A stretch of DNA of 64,000 nt from Phoronis australis. Its lineage: Eukaryota > Animalia > Phoronida. The DNA lies in assembly GCA_002633005.1 (NCBI GenBank), contig NMRA01000413.1, forward strand, positions 175,251 to 239,250. Reading direction: 5' to 3'. The notes below the pieces were generated by a model. It worked only from the letters and a program-made list of their open reading frames with translations, had not been told where the DNA came from and searched no databases. Below are positions 51,401 through 64,000 of the stretch, piece by piece (position 1 is the stretch's first letter; the number at the start of each line of letters is the position of its first letter). A program made the translations under genes and the position numbers.

Positions 51401-54400
51401 CATAGCTCTGAACGTACCCCGTGAATCTTAGCAAAAGGCAACCATACCATTTTTAGACTGAGTACGCCCATATATTGTTGAACTATATACTTGACGTCAT
51501 GGAACAGTCAAACTTTCCAGCCTTTTAAACAATCTGATTGAAACACAAGCACAAGCGAGATTAACACCGGCCATCCTCGTCTAAAATCCGTCAATGACCT
51601 CGTGAACTGGGGTCACTTACATTGGTGGCTTCGTATAATGTTGACAGCATGGCAATCCAGATGTTCAGTAAAATGATGACGATCAACACGTGGAAAGTTC
51701 CAAACATGAACGAGCCCATATGCTTAACAATATTCTGCTTGACGTTCAGATTAACTGAGTTATGGTCAGTCATGCCAAACACGGCCCAGAACAAGTTACA
51801 AGTTGATTCTGTAAACCTGCAGGCAAAAATCAGACTTAGTCAAGCAAAGTACTCAATTGAAAAGACGGTCTTCAACAACTCTTACATGGAGTAAAATACA
51901 ATCTAAAAGTGACGTCAATTCTAAATATGAGGAAATACGTGAAATAAAATACGACAACTATTAATTACATGTAAGCAATTAAAAGTATTGAAAATTTTCA
52001 TATGTCGACTTATGTTGACTAAGTCGTCAAAGCGTCACAGCGGCTTTAGGACTTGAAAGTAACCCAGTTTAAAATTCTCAAAAGGTCGAAATTCCTGGCC
52101 ACCATAACTCCCACTATCTGTCTTATGTCCACGAGTAATTTGAAAACAGTAAACTCGCACCTTGTTTTTGCAATCATGTTCACTGACATGACTGAGCAAA
52201 TACAGGAAATACCGACTGTAACGCAACCGTACCTAAATTGATACAAAATAGGTTGGTTTTTTTTTTGGGTGGCACTCTCCTTTAACTTTGACCGCGCGCG
52301 CGATTATTACAAAATGTTTCAACTGAGTCAGGTGAGTTTGAGGTAAAGGCTAGCAGAGACTGACGAAGCACGTTACCTGGCGCGTGACACTTGCACAATA
52401 ACATGGGGGGAACTATTAAGTGAAATTTGTCAGATTTGTGTCCCTTGGACTTTTTGTTCGTCAACAGGCGTGATTTCACGTAATTTCTTCAAAATGGCGC
52501 CCTGTGAGAGAAACTCGAGCGAACCGCAAAGTTTTCATGGATATGTTCAAGTTATTTGTAGACTAAATTGAATCCAGAGTCAGGGTGTGTGCTAATTATA
52601 ACTCCATGTGCACATATACATGTTTCAATTGATTTTATGTGCGGTTTTTTGAAATGAGTAACTTTTTATGGGGATATACTGTCGCCCTCGTATGCCTGCG
52701 GCATTCAGGCCTAGACCGGGTCGAGTTCCAATTTCAATCCGTTAGCTTCGCACAACATAACAAGTTCACATTTTCTTCGTCGAGTCACAGTTATTCCACG
52801 ATCCATCTACCATCACTTAAATCCTGTAAGCGTAAAATTCACCATAAGAACTCCAGTAATATTTCGTCTGTGTAGCAAAGACTCGGGGCAAAACAAGAAC
52901 AATTTGGCGGGTTTTGCCCTCCTGCCGGTGACGTCACATTGACTAACTGGAAACTCGCAAGTGAGCTATTATATAATAAAAACCTTCGGTTACCTTCAGT
53001 GAAAACACAAGGCATTGTGACGAGAGAACTGGTGCCCCCTCCCCCGTTTACTATTGCAAAGGGATTACTCACTTGGAAAACATTGCATCAGGATAGAACA
53101 TGTAGAGATTTTGCATTCCAAGCAAAAATGCACAGAATACAATCAGAAACAGAGCCATGAAGTACACGGAGTCAAGCAGAACTTTACCTGAAAATAAAAA
53201 AAATATTGTTTATAGCTCCTATGAACCACGTTTAGGCTCCGAGGTCTAGTTTGTGTGTACGATATCGAATGCGAATTGTTTTACATTTTCTGCTCATAAA
53301 AACATCCGATCGGTTCTCTAAACCAATCATAAATCTTTGCCGGTTGACCTGGCTGAGTCGGCTGAATGGATCAAGTGCACTCAATGTTCGCATTGTAGAA
53401 CTTGCTCACAGCCTCAAGACGACCCGAAGCCATGACTTCAACAGTCGCCACAAGGAGTGCTGTACAATAGGAGTACTCACTCGTCGTCTTGCCATTCTTC
53501 GCAATGGTTATCGGTCGAAAAACTAGCGTCCCAAGCGGCAAATAAGCAACACCAATTTAGCAGCGGAGTCCTAACCTTGTAAACACTGATATATTCATAC
53601 TTTAATGACGTTCCACGTGCAATAAAATTGTTGTGTGATTGAAAATGGGTAAATTACGTAAACTAACACCCACTTGTAATTGAATGAGAATGAAAATGTT
53701 TGTTTTAATCAATATTAAAGTGTTTTTGCTTTCATTCTCTTGAAGCTCCCTTCAAAAGCCATCGTTGTTCTGTTACAAGTTTGAATTTTTAATAAGGCAA
53801 ATTACAGTTCCTAATTACATTTCATACCCCCATGGACTACATTACTTTAGTGATTTCTCTTGGAGTTCAGGAGGCAGTTGTCCCCAGGTGCCAGGAAAAG
53901 GGGTACATGGGAGGATTGTAAATTAGGTTAATATCAGGTGGACGTCAAATGGGTGTCGACCCACTCCCACGGCGTACATAGGAGAAAGGTTAAACAGGTA
54001 AAACCAGGCGGGTGCCAAATAGGTGTTGACCGCCTCCCAGGGGAGTGCATGGGAGGAGTGCAAAACAGGTAAAAACCAAGGGTGTGCCACATGGATCTTG
54101 AGCCCCTCCCATTGGTTGCCAGATCCCTCTGACCACTGACAACATGTGCTGATTGAGGTGGTGATAATATTTGCCCCCTTGCCCACCAGAGGACATTTTG
54201 TAATGACCCGTGTTCATGCCTTTGTGATTATGTCAGTACCATCCTGGGTATTTTCCAACATTTCATTACATGTTTCTCTCAGCTCACTGATGGTTTCATC
54301 CTCACCCACCAATTTCACATGTGTTTCCTATTCAATGCGTCAGGCTACTAGCAATGCAGGCAATTGTTTTGTGCAGTGGGAGTTACACAAGCAAAAAGGG

Positions 54401-57400
54401 AATTCATCACTACCACAACATTGTAATCCATTCTGATGCACTCTCACATATAATTTTAGAACATTCTTTTATTTCTTAGTGACATGTCTTAGGGACATGG
54501 GTAAACTCCCCACCAATAGATACATGTACAAGTCAGTTGGTAGTCTGTAGAATAACTCACAACTTACAAAAGGTATTAACGGTGAATACATCATCACTCA
54601 TTACCAGTCAAATTTGCAAAATGTCATGACAAAATATTTTGAGATGTATTGACCAGCAATGAAAATATTCACTACCTACACAACTTCATTCAAAACTGAA
54701 TTAAAAAGACTTGGATGGCAAGACCAAAATTTAATTCCATATACCTGCTGTTCCTCTTATCAATAACAGTAAATACTTCAGGTAAAATACAGCCTGACCA
54801 TGAGATTATATCTGTTACCTAGGCACAACTGGGGCTTGTATTTATCACAATCTCCAAAAACGTACAAAATAGGCAACACTTATACTGTACCAAGACCAAC
54901 AAGAAAATCTGTCCAACCTTCTCATTCTCTATTAGTTCACTAGTAAATAACAGCTGTTTTCGCTAAAGAAATGCCTGATAAATAACGCTGAAAATTTAAT
55001 CACAGAGCTGCTTGTGACCAAGAAGCAAACTGATTGTGAATCCTTAGTCCAGTAAAGGTGGGACAAACCAACATGACCTCTGTAAATAAAGCTGTTCTGT
55101 AATCAATGCAGAGAACACAAGAGCAGAGAAAACGTATTCCAATCTCTACGCATGGGAGAGTACAAAAATCACACAAACACTCCTCAATACGAGTAAAAAT
55201 AACAAAACGTCCAGTTTACACTTTCATCTAAATTGAGAAAATGGGAATTTGTTCTCTATAAAAAATGTTAATTTTTATATAAAAATCTGTTTTATAATTT
55301 GTTTCAAAAAATCTAGCTTGGGTTTGATCAAAATTTCAGCCCACCATTCAGACTCTGAAAGACCCATCAGTTTCACTTTGGCTCTCTTCAAATGACAGCA
55401 TAAACGTTCATAAAATGTTTCACTCTGATCAACTTTGGTAAAGTTTTGAGAAACAGGTTATGACCAATTGTCCTTTCTAGACGTGATGTGCCAGTAAAGT
55501 ACTTGCTTTGTAAGACAATAATCAGACATGCAAATAAGTCTATTCCAGAGCTGTATTATCGAAATTACAAGAGAACTTTTTAACAACTTCATTTTGGTGG
55601 ATTTGGGACATCAAATATTGTTGGCACTGCATTCAATACCAGCTTGTTCTTCAAACCAGCATTCATGAACATGGACTCCTGGAAGTGACGAGAGCACAAC
55701 TTGCAATTCTTGGACAAAAAGGAAGCATCTTTATTCATATGGTCGGCTCCCAGCGCTAGCTTGCGCCTAACAGAAATCATTGAGTGACTCAGGAACAGAC
55801 CTCATGCTCACCAGGCTCATAGAAGACTGGTAGCCTACACTAAACATCACTACAGTAGTTCTGTCGTACTGTGACTGTGATAGAGACAAAACCGTTTTGG
55901 TGTCAACTAAAAAAACTAGGATTCAAATGTCAATCCAGGAAAATTTTTAGAGTTGCACTCCGCATCATTGCCGCATGTTGCTTAACTTGGGCCAACTGGT
56001 ACATTAAAATTATGTCGACCTTTTCACCGAGACTCACAGATGCTCTAGCTTGACCCATAGCCATGGGTATGTTTTTTCCAAAATTACCCATGCGATTGTT
56101 CGGGTGACTTAGATGTTGACATTTTGATTTGGACTGCAAAAATCCAAAAACGCTGACTATCACATCGTTAATCATCGTCCTTCTGCCGGCAGCCCGGCTG
56201 TGGAGTAGCCTACACAGACGACAGTGGCATCGGGACTGCGATCGACTTGTCTTCCAACCGTGAACAAAACACACAAAAAGAAACAATGCATCATATTGTT
56301 GAAAAACAAATAATCCTTACCTTACTGGATCCTTGGGAAACGTAAAAACGACAGTTCTGGTGTTTTCGTGGATGAATTTGTGCAATTTATTGCGCTGCAA
56401 AGGCACCCTCCGCCATTGATCTCGTGTTTCGTACTTAACCGTTGCTTATTCTCTACTTGGCGGCGCTAGTAGTAGCGATAACACCGGAATCATAAGTGAA
56501 CACTTCTATTGTACTACACTCCTTGGTCTCAGTCCGACGCATTGCCAGTGGAGCTAAAAGCCAATGTGACAAGTGGCCGATGTTTAAGCTTGCAGTTAAT
56601 GTCACCGGCCTCAATTTCATACTCTACCGAATGACTGGGAACCAAGGTCTGAAATGGGTGGTTTTGATTCGCAAACAAATGTATATAGAACAAATGTTAT
56701 CCAGCTCATTGATGAACACAGATATTTCATTTACCAGACGAACATATAAGGGCTATGCTGGTGCATCAAAAGTATTGGTATTTTTAAGTGCCAACTGACT
56801 AATATCCACGTCTTACCCAAAACGACCCACAGTGTCCCAACTCTTTTAAATGCCGGAAGAACGTAGGTGAGGCGCGCAAAACTGCCTAGGCTTGCAAGAG
56901 CGAACAAACAGTCGGCCACAATCTCAGGGTCATTGGACGACCACTTGCTACGGTCTGAAACAGATTTGACAGTGACGAAAAATCAGTGAAGATTTTACAG
57001 CCTACCGTAAATGTTTTACTGGTGTATTGGACCATGGGCTTTAGAAGAGAGTTAAGCAACCAAGAGCCAGACAACACATACAGGTCATAAGAGCAGGAGA
57101 GCAACAAAAGGAAAAGACAAGTGGGACCTGCATATTAGATGGCACAACATGTGAGCTGAAATGCAGTTACTATTCCCAGAGAAAATCGTACAAACAAGGC
57201 CAGACATAACGATGTGGTCGGCAACAAGGAAAATCTAATTATTGTGGAATTTACGGTGCCTTGGCAAGAAGGTTGCTCTGCCAGGTCAACGTGGACCTTG
57301 TTACAGACTCTCGGAGTGCGAGGAAAGGACACACGAGTGGCCATCAGAAATTTAGGTGAGGCAGCAGAGAAGGCTTCTTGTTGGTTGTGGGGTCACCGTG

Positions 57401-60400
57401 GACAAAAAGCATGATGTCGTTATGGTTCAGGGTTGAAACACCTTATAACGCTGGTAACTATCTGATGACCTAAAACTCTTGGGGGAGGACAACATTAGGT
57501 TTACGGCTGCCGACGGAAAAATAATTAACCATTGGAAACAGAGTTGTCGGGTGGAAATATTTGGGCAGTGAGAAGACAGTCATCATCTAAAGATATCTGG
57601 CTACATCAGCAGAAAACACCTTCTGCAAATACATAATTTAATGAGTAACATTTAGCAAAAAATCTAAATCAGCGCACGACGCTTAGCTTAATGCCGAGTC
57701 GCATTTGGCGACCTGGCAAACTGGGGCGGCCAAACGAAATCTGTGGTAACCAAAACTCTGGAAATCTTAGGTGAAATGAAATCTGAGGTTGTCGATCTGA
57801 CGTAAAGATCGCCAACCAAAGAAGGTAGTACGGTAGTAACGCGCCCTATTCTCTTGCGCGTACCCCTCCAATTCTTCCCATAAATACGTGTATGTACGTT
57901 GATTCTCTAACTCAATTCCTCCCGCCGGCAAACGAACATAGGATGCAGACTAAAAAAATAACATATATTGCAATTGACTGAATGGACTGCGGTTCCACAT
58001 ATAGCCTTGCTTATGTACATGTAGGTTTTATCCATTTATTGACACCCTGAGGGTAGCCATATTTTTGTAGTCTTGAAAATGACAGTGGAGCTGTCGAAAC
58101 AATTTGACAATTGCAACATAAGTTATTTTCTCTACTCATTTATTAATGAGACGGTCGCTTTGGGAGTGATTCAGGAAATATCCCATTCTCATTTTCGTTT
58201 GATTTGAATTAGATTATTGCCTGGTTTTGTTGGCGATTTAAAGTGTACAGTAGTGCCTGATCACCGCGAGTCGTAATTTTCATAGGTAAATCTTTGTTGA
58301 AATTTTATAGCTTTTAGAGCAGTAAAACGACTTTTTCAGGAACCACGCCTTGGATTAATGTTTTAGGTAACCCAAATAAACGAGCCCAGTCAAATCTGCC
58401 GTCGAACATGTGATTTTACTGCACCCCGAGACTTCACACCAACCGTGAAATACGCCTCAACCATTGTACACGGATTAATTCTACCCACCTAGGGTATATT
58501 TCGTGGCGCATTAAATGCCCAAATTTACATATATGAATTAAAATAACATTCAAATGATTTAGAAGTTATTCAATGTCGTAAAACTGCGACAGTTTTACGA
58601 ATGTCTGACAGACTGTGCTCAAAACCCCTGAACTGTTACAGGCTTTTTTGAAATCAGCATCTCAGAAGGCGGGACTGGTGCAGTCTGGGTAAATGAAGCC
58701 TGAATAGCTGAAAGATAACTTTAGAATAATTATTCCAGAAACACTTTATCAAAAACATGCACAGCACCTACCGGTTTCCAAGTAGTGCCGAATTTCTTCA
58801 GGGATTGATTGACTTTGATTCTGAGTTTGGAAATTCAAGGCATGACGTGTTTTACACAGGGCCACGGTACGACATGCATAGGAGGCCAAGTAAATAATGA
58901 CTGTAAGCATGTCCAGCCAGTTGATAACACTGCTGAAATAGATGGCCCATCCTCTCATGTACAGCTGAGTTATCTCAGCCCAGGCATAGCCTGAAATATG
59001 CAACAAATTAGGTACTGATCAGTACATATCATTTAAAGAGCAATAGATAACAGAAACGGTAATTTTAACTCGTGGTTTAATGATCTAGCACGGACTTCCT
59101 AATGGAAAGGCGGACTTTCGGTTAGGAATGAGGGACCCAGAAAGGACGAAGGACGTGTAAAAAATGGGAAATGTAGATAAAAAGAAGGACCAGCTTGCAA
59201 TATACGATGGCACGAAAATCTAGGAAATGTAATTGTAAGAGCCTTAAATGATATTAGCACCATCAAGTTGGTATGATACTGCTGTAGGGGCTACATTCTG
59301 TAAAATAGGTCTTGGAGTTGGAAACTCTTGCTCAAACGCAGCTGTATTGGGTGAGTGTGGAATTTATCCGCTCTATGCAAAGTACGATGTCACATGTGTA
59401 AAATATGGCTAAAGTTATTGAAAATGCCACCTACTAGATACATGTACGCTAAAGCGGATTATGACATGTTAGCTGATTTAGATCGGAATGGGAGAAATAC
59501 TTGGGCATCTTTGGTTAGACAATTGTTATCAAAATACGGTTTTTATGAAATTTGGTTGAATCAATGCGTCACGTGCGAAGTCTCGTTTTTAAGTATCTTC
59601 GCGCAAAGAGACAATGACTGCTATGAGCAAGGTTGGCGATCAGAAATTGTGCATAATGCAAAACTTAAATACTACTGTAACTGTTAGGCCCTGTACTGTT
59701 TTGAACCATATCTTAAGTTACCGCTACATAATAGCAATGAGCTATACCAGATGATAATAGTTTTATTCAAGCGTTCACTCGGTTAGGTTGCTCCAACCAC
59801 TGACTACAAGTGGAGGTGGGTAGACACGCGAAAGTGGAATATTATAATAGATTGTGTTTGACTTGCAAGGGATATTGTGAACTTGTAGAGCATGATTACC
59901 ACTTCCTGTTGATTTGCAAGGGATATTTCGAACTTAATTAGGTCACGTTTTTTTGAAGGAAGTTCAAAGGAAGCACCCAACTCAAGAATCCTGTATACGT
60001 GTGCCAGCTAATCCAGATATATCTGTTGTTATATTTGTGTATTCTGCCCTTAAAAGAAGAGAACAACTCTTAAATGGGTTGACTGCGTGTGCAAACGTGC
60101 CTGTTTAATTTTTGTTCATTGTACTGTGGACAAGAAGCCTTTAATACAAATGAAGGTATTAATTAATAAATGCTCATCTCGAAAGTTACAAGTTTCAATG
60201 GTGTACAAAGTCAGAAACGTTACTTTAACAACCCCGCCCTTCCTGTTTTTGTACTCCCTTTCCGTTATTGCGTTCTTGGTTTCAATATTTAGACAATGAG
60301 GCCTGTCCTTCTCACTTTTAGTGCGTTCTTCAGGTCAAAAAATCTGTCGTTCCTATTGCCTGCCCGTGTTTCCCCACTTTTGAAAATGAAGGACATTAGG

Positions 60401-63043
60401 AATTGTTATAAAATCCCCTCGACCCCCACGACCCACAACCACCTCGACCCCCATGACCTTTGGCAATAGATGTATATTTGCGCTTGTTACACATTTCGCA
60501 ATCATATTACGTCGCTGAAGGACTTTCCCATAAAATTTACCTACACGCGAGTCTGCTCTGGCTCAAGTCTGAAGGTTAAAAACAGCGAGTGGAGAGAGAA
60601 TATGATTCGAAATCATAGCGGATTATGAGCGTCCTATCGTTGTTACGGAAATAGTTCCTCGAGTGGCTACCAATGGCCCAGTTCTGCTAAACTTATGGAG
60701 AGAGTGCGTTAACGTGAATGCACATAATTTCACAGCTTTATTATTTGCTTTCTGTTTATACTCGTTTACAATAAACTCTTTGCAACGTTGGGATACATTT
60801 TTAGTTAACAGTTTGCCCTGCAAGACAGTGCTTGTTCTATGTTCACATCGAGTCGAGCTTGTGTAGACTGTGTCGAGGGGGTTGTGGGACCTGGATTGAG
60901 GGGGTCGTGGGGTGTGGGAGTCGAGGGGGTTTCAGAACAATCCGGTAATTTGCCTGGCATTTTGGTTTGAAAATTGGGATAGTGAGAATAGTTTTGCTGT
61001 TTTCCATCATTAATACATGTACAAAAATTTACACTTTTTTTCTGTAATGAGCAACTGACAGAATGATTTTTAAATTGAATATTGCTTCAACACTGGTTTA
61101 AAAGTCAGCTTTCTTTACCTAAAATGTAGAATGCAATACACCACAGCTGAAAGGAGAGGCTGGTGTTGCGATGAGGTGGATTCTCAATAGGTGTTATCGG
61201 CGCGTATACCAGTAGCATGATCAGGAAGATGAGATGGTACATGGTGTGAAAATAAAACTTCACGACAGGCTTTCTCATGGTGTTAATGTAGGTTGCAGCT
61301 AACTTCAATAAGCTCTGGAGCGTTTGGCTTGAGTTGCAGGCGGTTTGGATGTTGTTGTCGTCGGAAACGGAATTCAAGTCCTATCACGGTAAAGAATGTC
61401 ATGAGACTAGTTTTATGAGCTTAAGGTTTGACTTGTTTGTCATTTTTGGGCAGTTAACTACTGAGAAATGCAGTTTGATTTTATTACGCCCCATAGTACC
61501 AATTTCTAGTTAAAATCTACGTTTACCATGCACTTGACCATATTACGAATCCATTTTCGAGTAAAGAGATTACAAACCTGAGCACAGGTTTTGTTTGGTA
61601 TCGTCGTTTAATTTGTAAATACATGATAAAATCAATCGTACTGGTATGGAATTATAAGGTGAACACATCACTGGTACATGTACTGTACGGCAGAAATAAA
61701 CAAAAGTTACAATCAATTCTTGGAAGCGTCTTGCCGTCTAGCCAGGTTAGAGTTCAGTTACGCTAAGACCTACAGTACGATAGGACCTCGCTAAAAAGCA
61801 AGACTTCGCGAGATTATATAAGATATTGTCGTGTATTTAAATGAGAACACGTGATTTTTGCAAGACTGTTTTTGCCACGAGATAGCTACTGAACTATACC
61901 CTGATTTGCTGGTATTTATCAAATATTACATGATTGTGCTATGCAGGAACAAACTTCAATATTTTTCTGCACATATTAAACTAGCTCAGAGGTCTGTTTT
62001 ATAAAAAGTTTTAACATTAAAATGTTTCGTTTCTCGCAACCGACAAATCTACTTTAGTTAGAAATTTGATCACACGCCTCACACAATTATTTTTGGGGGC
62101 TAATCAAATTTTACTTTAGCAAAATATATCCTTAACTGTTGATTGCTGGGGTAATTTGTGTTAATTGTTTTAGGCTGAGATATGCTAAAAGTTGCATGAC
62201 TAACCTTTATTCAGTAATCGTACGTGCAGTGTGAGCGTAACTTCACGCAAGATTAAGTCCAAAAGTCTAATTTAATCCGATCTTGTTGCCCAATATGCTG
62301 GAAGTTTCAAGCAACAAGCAACGCCTACATATACATGAGCCCTTTTCAAATTCGAAACTTAAGAGTTGGCCAACCTCAATAAGCGTGTATTTGAGAGGGT
62401 AATGGTTATGATATTTGTTTTTGTTGACGGAAACAGAACAGATATTGGAGTACTGTTTTAAAAAGAAAAAAAATTGATTTTCGTTTCTTGACCAGCTAAA
62501 CAGGGCGAAATGCAGTTTTAAGACATTAAACATTGATATCAGGCAGTGATATCGGGCTGTTTTAACGAGATGTGATATCGCTCAGTAATATCGGGCAGCG
62601 ATAAGCTGCGTTGAATCATCAAGTGTGTGCTATGTAGTTATTTCCCGGGGTTCTTTAGAAAAAAATGTACAGAACTGCCCCCATGAGATCATAAAACAGA
62701 TCGATCTCAGAGCCTATAAATCGTGAAAAAGTAACACGCTACCCGACCCCGGGAGTTATGTAAACAACTGTACATGATTAACTTCAACAAGGGCTCTTTA
62801 ACGAATTGAAATAAGGAACCTAACGAAATTACCGAGTCCAACCACAAATACCTTTTTCTTCAGAGTCTCTATGCCTCCAAGAAAGACATAGCCGATGATC
62901 ATCAGTGGTGAGATCATAGTGCAGCATAAAACTATGAGGAACTTTATCATTACGTTGTGCTTCAAGAAGAACTTCTGTTGCCTTGGCGACTGGCCATAGA
63001 ACTCTTCATATAAATGGCGCTGCACATACTCGTGAGCAATAAA
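48204..63043 (-). CDS. TRP cation channel, TRPC-like; 3' part (pre-S1 to C-terminus), 9 exons; 5' ankyrin region beyond the window
   Basis: Exons 62852-63043, 61119-61380, 58772-58990, 56817-56954, 53073-53187, 51621-51816, 50122-50274, 49217-49343, 48204-48484, GT-AG with consistent phases. Motifs: FIAHEYVQ, PVVKF, NWLD, DPEIVADCLFALA, pore helix LFWAVFG, LLNIWIAML, TRP box EWKYAR, TLPPPFNIIP, Y..LM..L.RKY. Confidence 0.92.
49217..49343 (-). CDS. TRPC-like exon (C-terminal helix)
   Basis: RPHESREEDEWFKGYVKLMTKLKRKY..., phase 0 to 1. Confidence 0.8.
50122..50274 (-). CDS. TRPC-like exon (TRP domain)
   Basis: DTEWKYARTGLWLDYI...TLPPPFNIIP. Confidence 0.92.
51621..51816 (-). CDS. TRPC-like exon (pore, S6)
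   Basis: LFWAVFG...LLNIWIAMLSTLY|gtaag. Confidence 0.92.
52219..52281 (+). mobile_element. Kolobok family A terminal fragment
   Basis: ctaaattgatacaaaataggtt...gggtggcactctcct|ttaa. Confidence 0.75.
53073..53187 (-). CDS. TRPC-like exon (S5)
   Basis: KVLLDSVYFMALFLIVFCAFLLGMQNLYMFY; not in the ORF track. Confidence 0.88.
53451..56525 (-). mobile_element. P-element-like non-autonomous transposon with intron-containing THAP remnant
   Basis: ~31-bp imperfect TIR CAAGGAGTG..GTACAATAG.AGT..TCACT at both ends. THAP exons ~56321-56415 (CSAINC...LSFLRFP) and 55589-55766 (LCSRHF...AVPTIFDVPNPP). Flanks gtcgcca/gtctca only partly match. Confidence 0.75.
56817..56954 (-). CDS. TRPC-like exon (S4)
   Basis: DRSKWSSNDPEIVADCLFALASLGSFARL...LG|gtaag. 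Confidence 0.9.
57197..57470 (+). mobile_element. RLE-type non-LTR retrotransposon 3' fragment (HERO/R2-group-like)
   Basis: RPDITMWS...IIVEFTVPWQE...LGVRG...AAEKASCWLW, with an internal deletion. Confidence 0.7.
58065..58116 (+). ncRNA. Candidate minimal type I hammerhead ribozyme variant (Penelope-like repeat)
   Basis: gtc-TTGAAAA-t-GACAG tggag CTGTC-GAAA-caat-TT-gac: stem I gtc/gac, 5-bp stem II, U3/A8 core variant. Confidence 0.4.
58772..58990 (-). CDS. TRPC-like exon (S2-S3)
   Basis: YAWAEITQLYMRGWAIYFSSVINWLD. Confidence 0.9.
59285..60170 (+). mobile_element. Decayed LINE ORF2 3' part (CR1/L2 group)
   Basis: FCK..LGV...SNAAVLGECG.YPL, W.KLL.M, WAS.VR.LL..YGF..IW.NQ, SNH.L.VEVGRH, YHFLLIC; ends near AATAAA at 60165. 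Confidence 0.8.
60399..60943. mobile_element. Non-autonomous TIR element; lone terminus also at 46420-46469
   Basis: ggaattgttataaaatcccctcgacccccac...gtcgagggggtttcagaacaatcc. Confidence 0.65.
61119..61380 (-). CDS. TRPC-like exon (pre-S1/S1)
   Basis: MRKPVVKFYFHTMYHLIFL...FYILG|gtaaa. Confidence 0.88.
62852..63043 (-). CDS. TRPC-like exon
   Basis: tttcag|FIAHEYVQRHLYEEFY...LKKK|gtatt. Confidence 0.85.
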
Positions 63044-63822
63044 CTGAAATGAACATAAATCACTGCATTCAGTTATTAGAAATAGACAAGGATGTTCTGA
63101 ACGTGTTATGTTCCAGATCACTCAACACTGGATAAATGTCTTGTTAGCTTTTCAGTACATTTTGCTCTCTGAAATAGAGCCGCAAGTTGTAATGCTTTAG
63201 GTCCCTATCTTGTCCATAATCTATCCTTTGAACATTTTTCACCGAATTGGGTTCCGTTCCGTAGTCGCAAGAGTTTCGCGAAAACGCAAGACCACACAAC
63301 AAGACTTCGCGAGATACCGTCATGCAATGTAAGCTAAGCACGTTATCACACTATCTTGCTAGTGTCTTACAGTAGGCCTACGGAACGCAGCCCGGCAACC
63401 AGGTTGTCACAGAGGAGCCTTATCACGCGAATGCCTCCAATAGTGAGCGTGTTTGTGTAATTTTACCTCTCTTCCTCTCCCAATATTCCCTGTCGTAGTA
63501 GGATTTGATTTCTGTTTTCAACTCGAACATCGAAACCATTAGAGTTTAATTTCTTGGGGTTAGCCAATCCGTAATTGTGAATTCGAAAATGATGTATGTA
63601 TATATTGCCTGTTAGTTGAGTTGCCGGAACAATTTGAATACGTGTAGTAATTTTTCTGAAGACAAAGGCACTTCAATTAAAATTCAACACTCGGAGATAA
63701 AAAATGGCGAAGAGTCCTGCTTTAGACGTCCTTTGAAAGTCAACTTTTGTGAGTTTATAGTTATTGGTATTTATTTTCCGGTTCACGTTTCATTTATTTG
63801 AATCTATTTAACTTCCCTTGCA

Positions 63823-63906
63823 GGGACCACACGTTACGTTTATACACTGTATCGGGGCCACACGTTAGGTTTATACACTGTATCGGGACCACACGTTACG
63901 TTTATA
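63823..63906. repeat. Short tandem repeat, ~2.7 x 31 bp
   Basis: gggaccacacgttacgtttatacactgtatc repeated. Confidence 0.9.
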
Positions 63907-64000
63907 TCTCTTTGGTCTTATCTATATTTCCGTCTTACACTTTTAATTTTTACATGTCTTGCCTTCTGTTTTTGTTTGTTCTTGAGTGAATTGAATGCAA

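Noticed and set aside
55589-56415. Domesticated host THAP gene nested in a TRP intron
   Set aside because: It is frameshifted, lacks the conserved Trp, and is enclosed by TIRs.
57430-57470. GAAAC...CTGATGA as a type II hammerhead
   Set aside because: Stems I and II cannot be formed; it fits better as the 3' UTR of the non-LTR fragment.

Overview
Eukaryotic, AT-rich, repeat-dense animal DNA (looks like a marine invertebrate). Most ORFs in the supplied track are spurious or are single exons. Two spliced genes lie on the minus strand. The first is a complete SLC22-family organic ion transporter (11 coding exons, 24487->6917, 569 aa, all splice phases consistent). The second is the 3' part of a divergent TRPC-like channel (9 exons, 63043->48204; 5' exons lie outside the window). 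Introns and intergenic DNA carry decayed transposons: a Sola3-like transposase pseudogene, two Kolobok families, ISL2EU-like, P-like and CACTA/EnSpm-like elements, hAT and Harbinger MITEs, LINE 3' ends, minisatellites and a probable solo LTR. The main unannotated structure is an old ~15 kb inverted duplication (about 29070-35583 versus 37306-43960). Each arm shows the empty site for insertions in the other arm, which gives in-window evidence for TTAA and AT target duplications. Other notable items are an OCT-type aspartate in TM11 of the SLC22, a decayed TATA-preceded Cys/His-repeat ORF in an SLC22 intron, and a candidate variant minimal hammerhead ribozyme. I see no intact novel multi-gene system. 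All alignments were done by eye.
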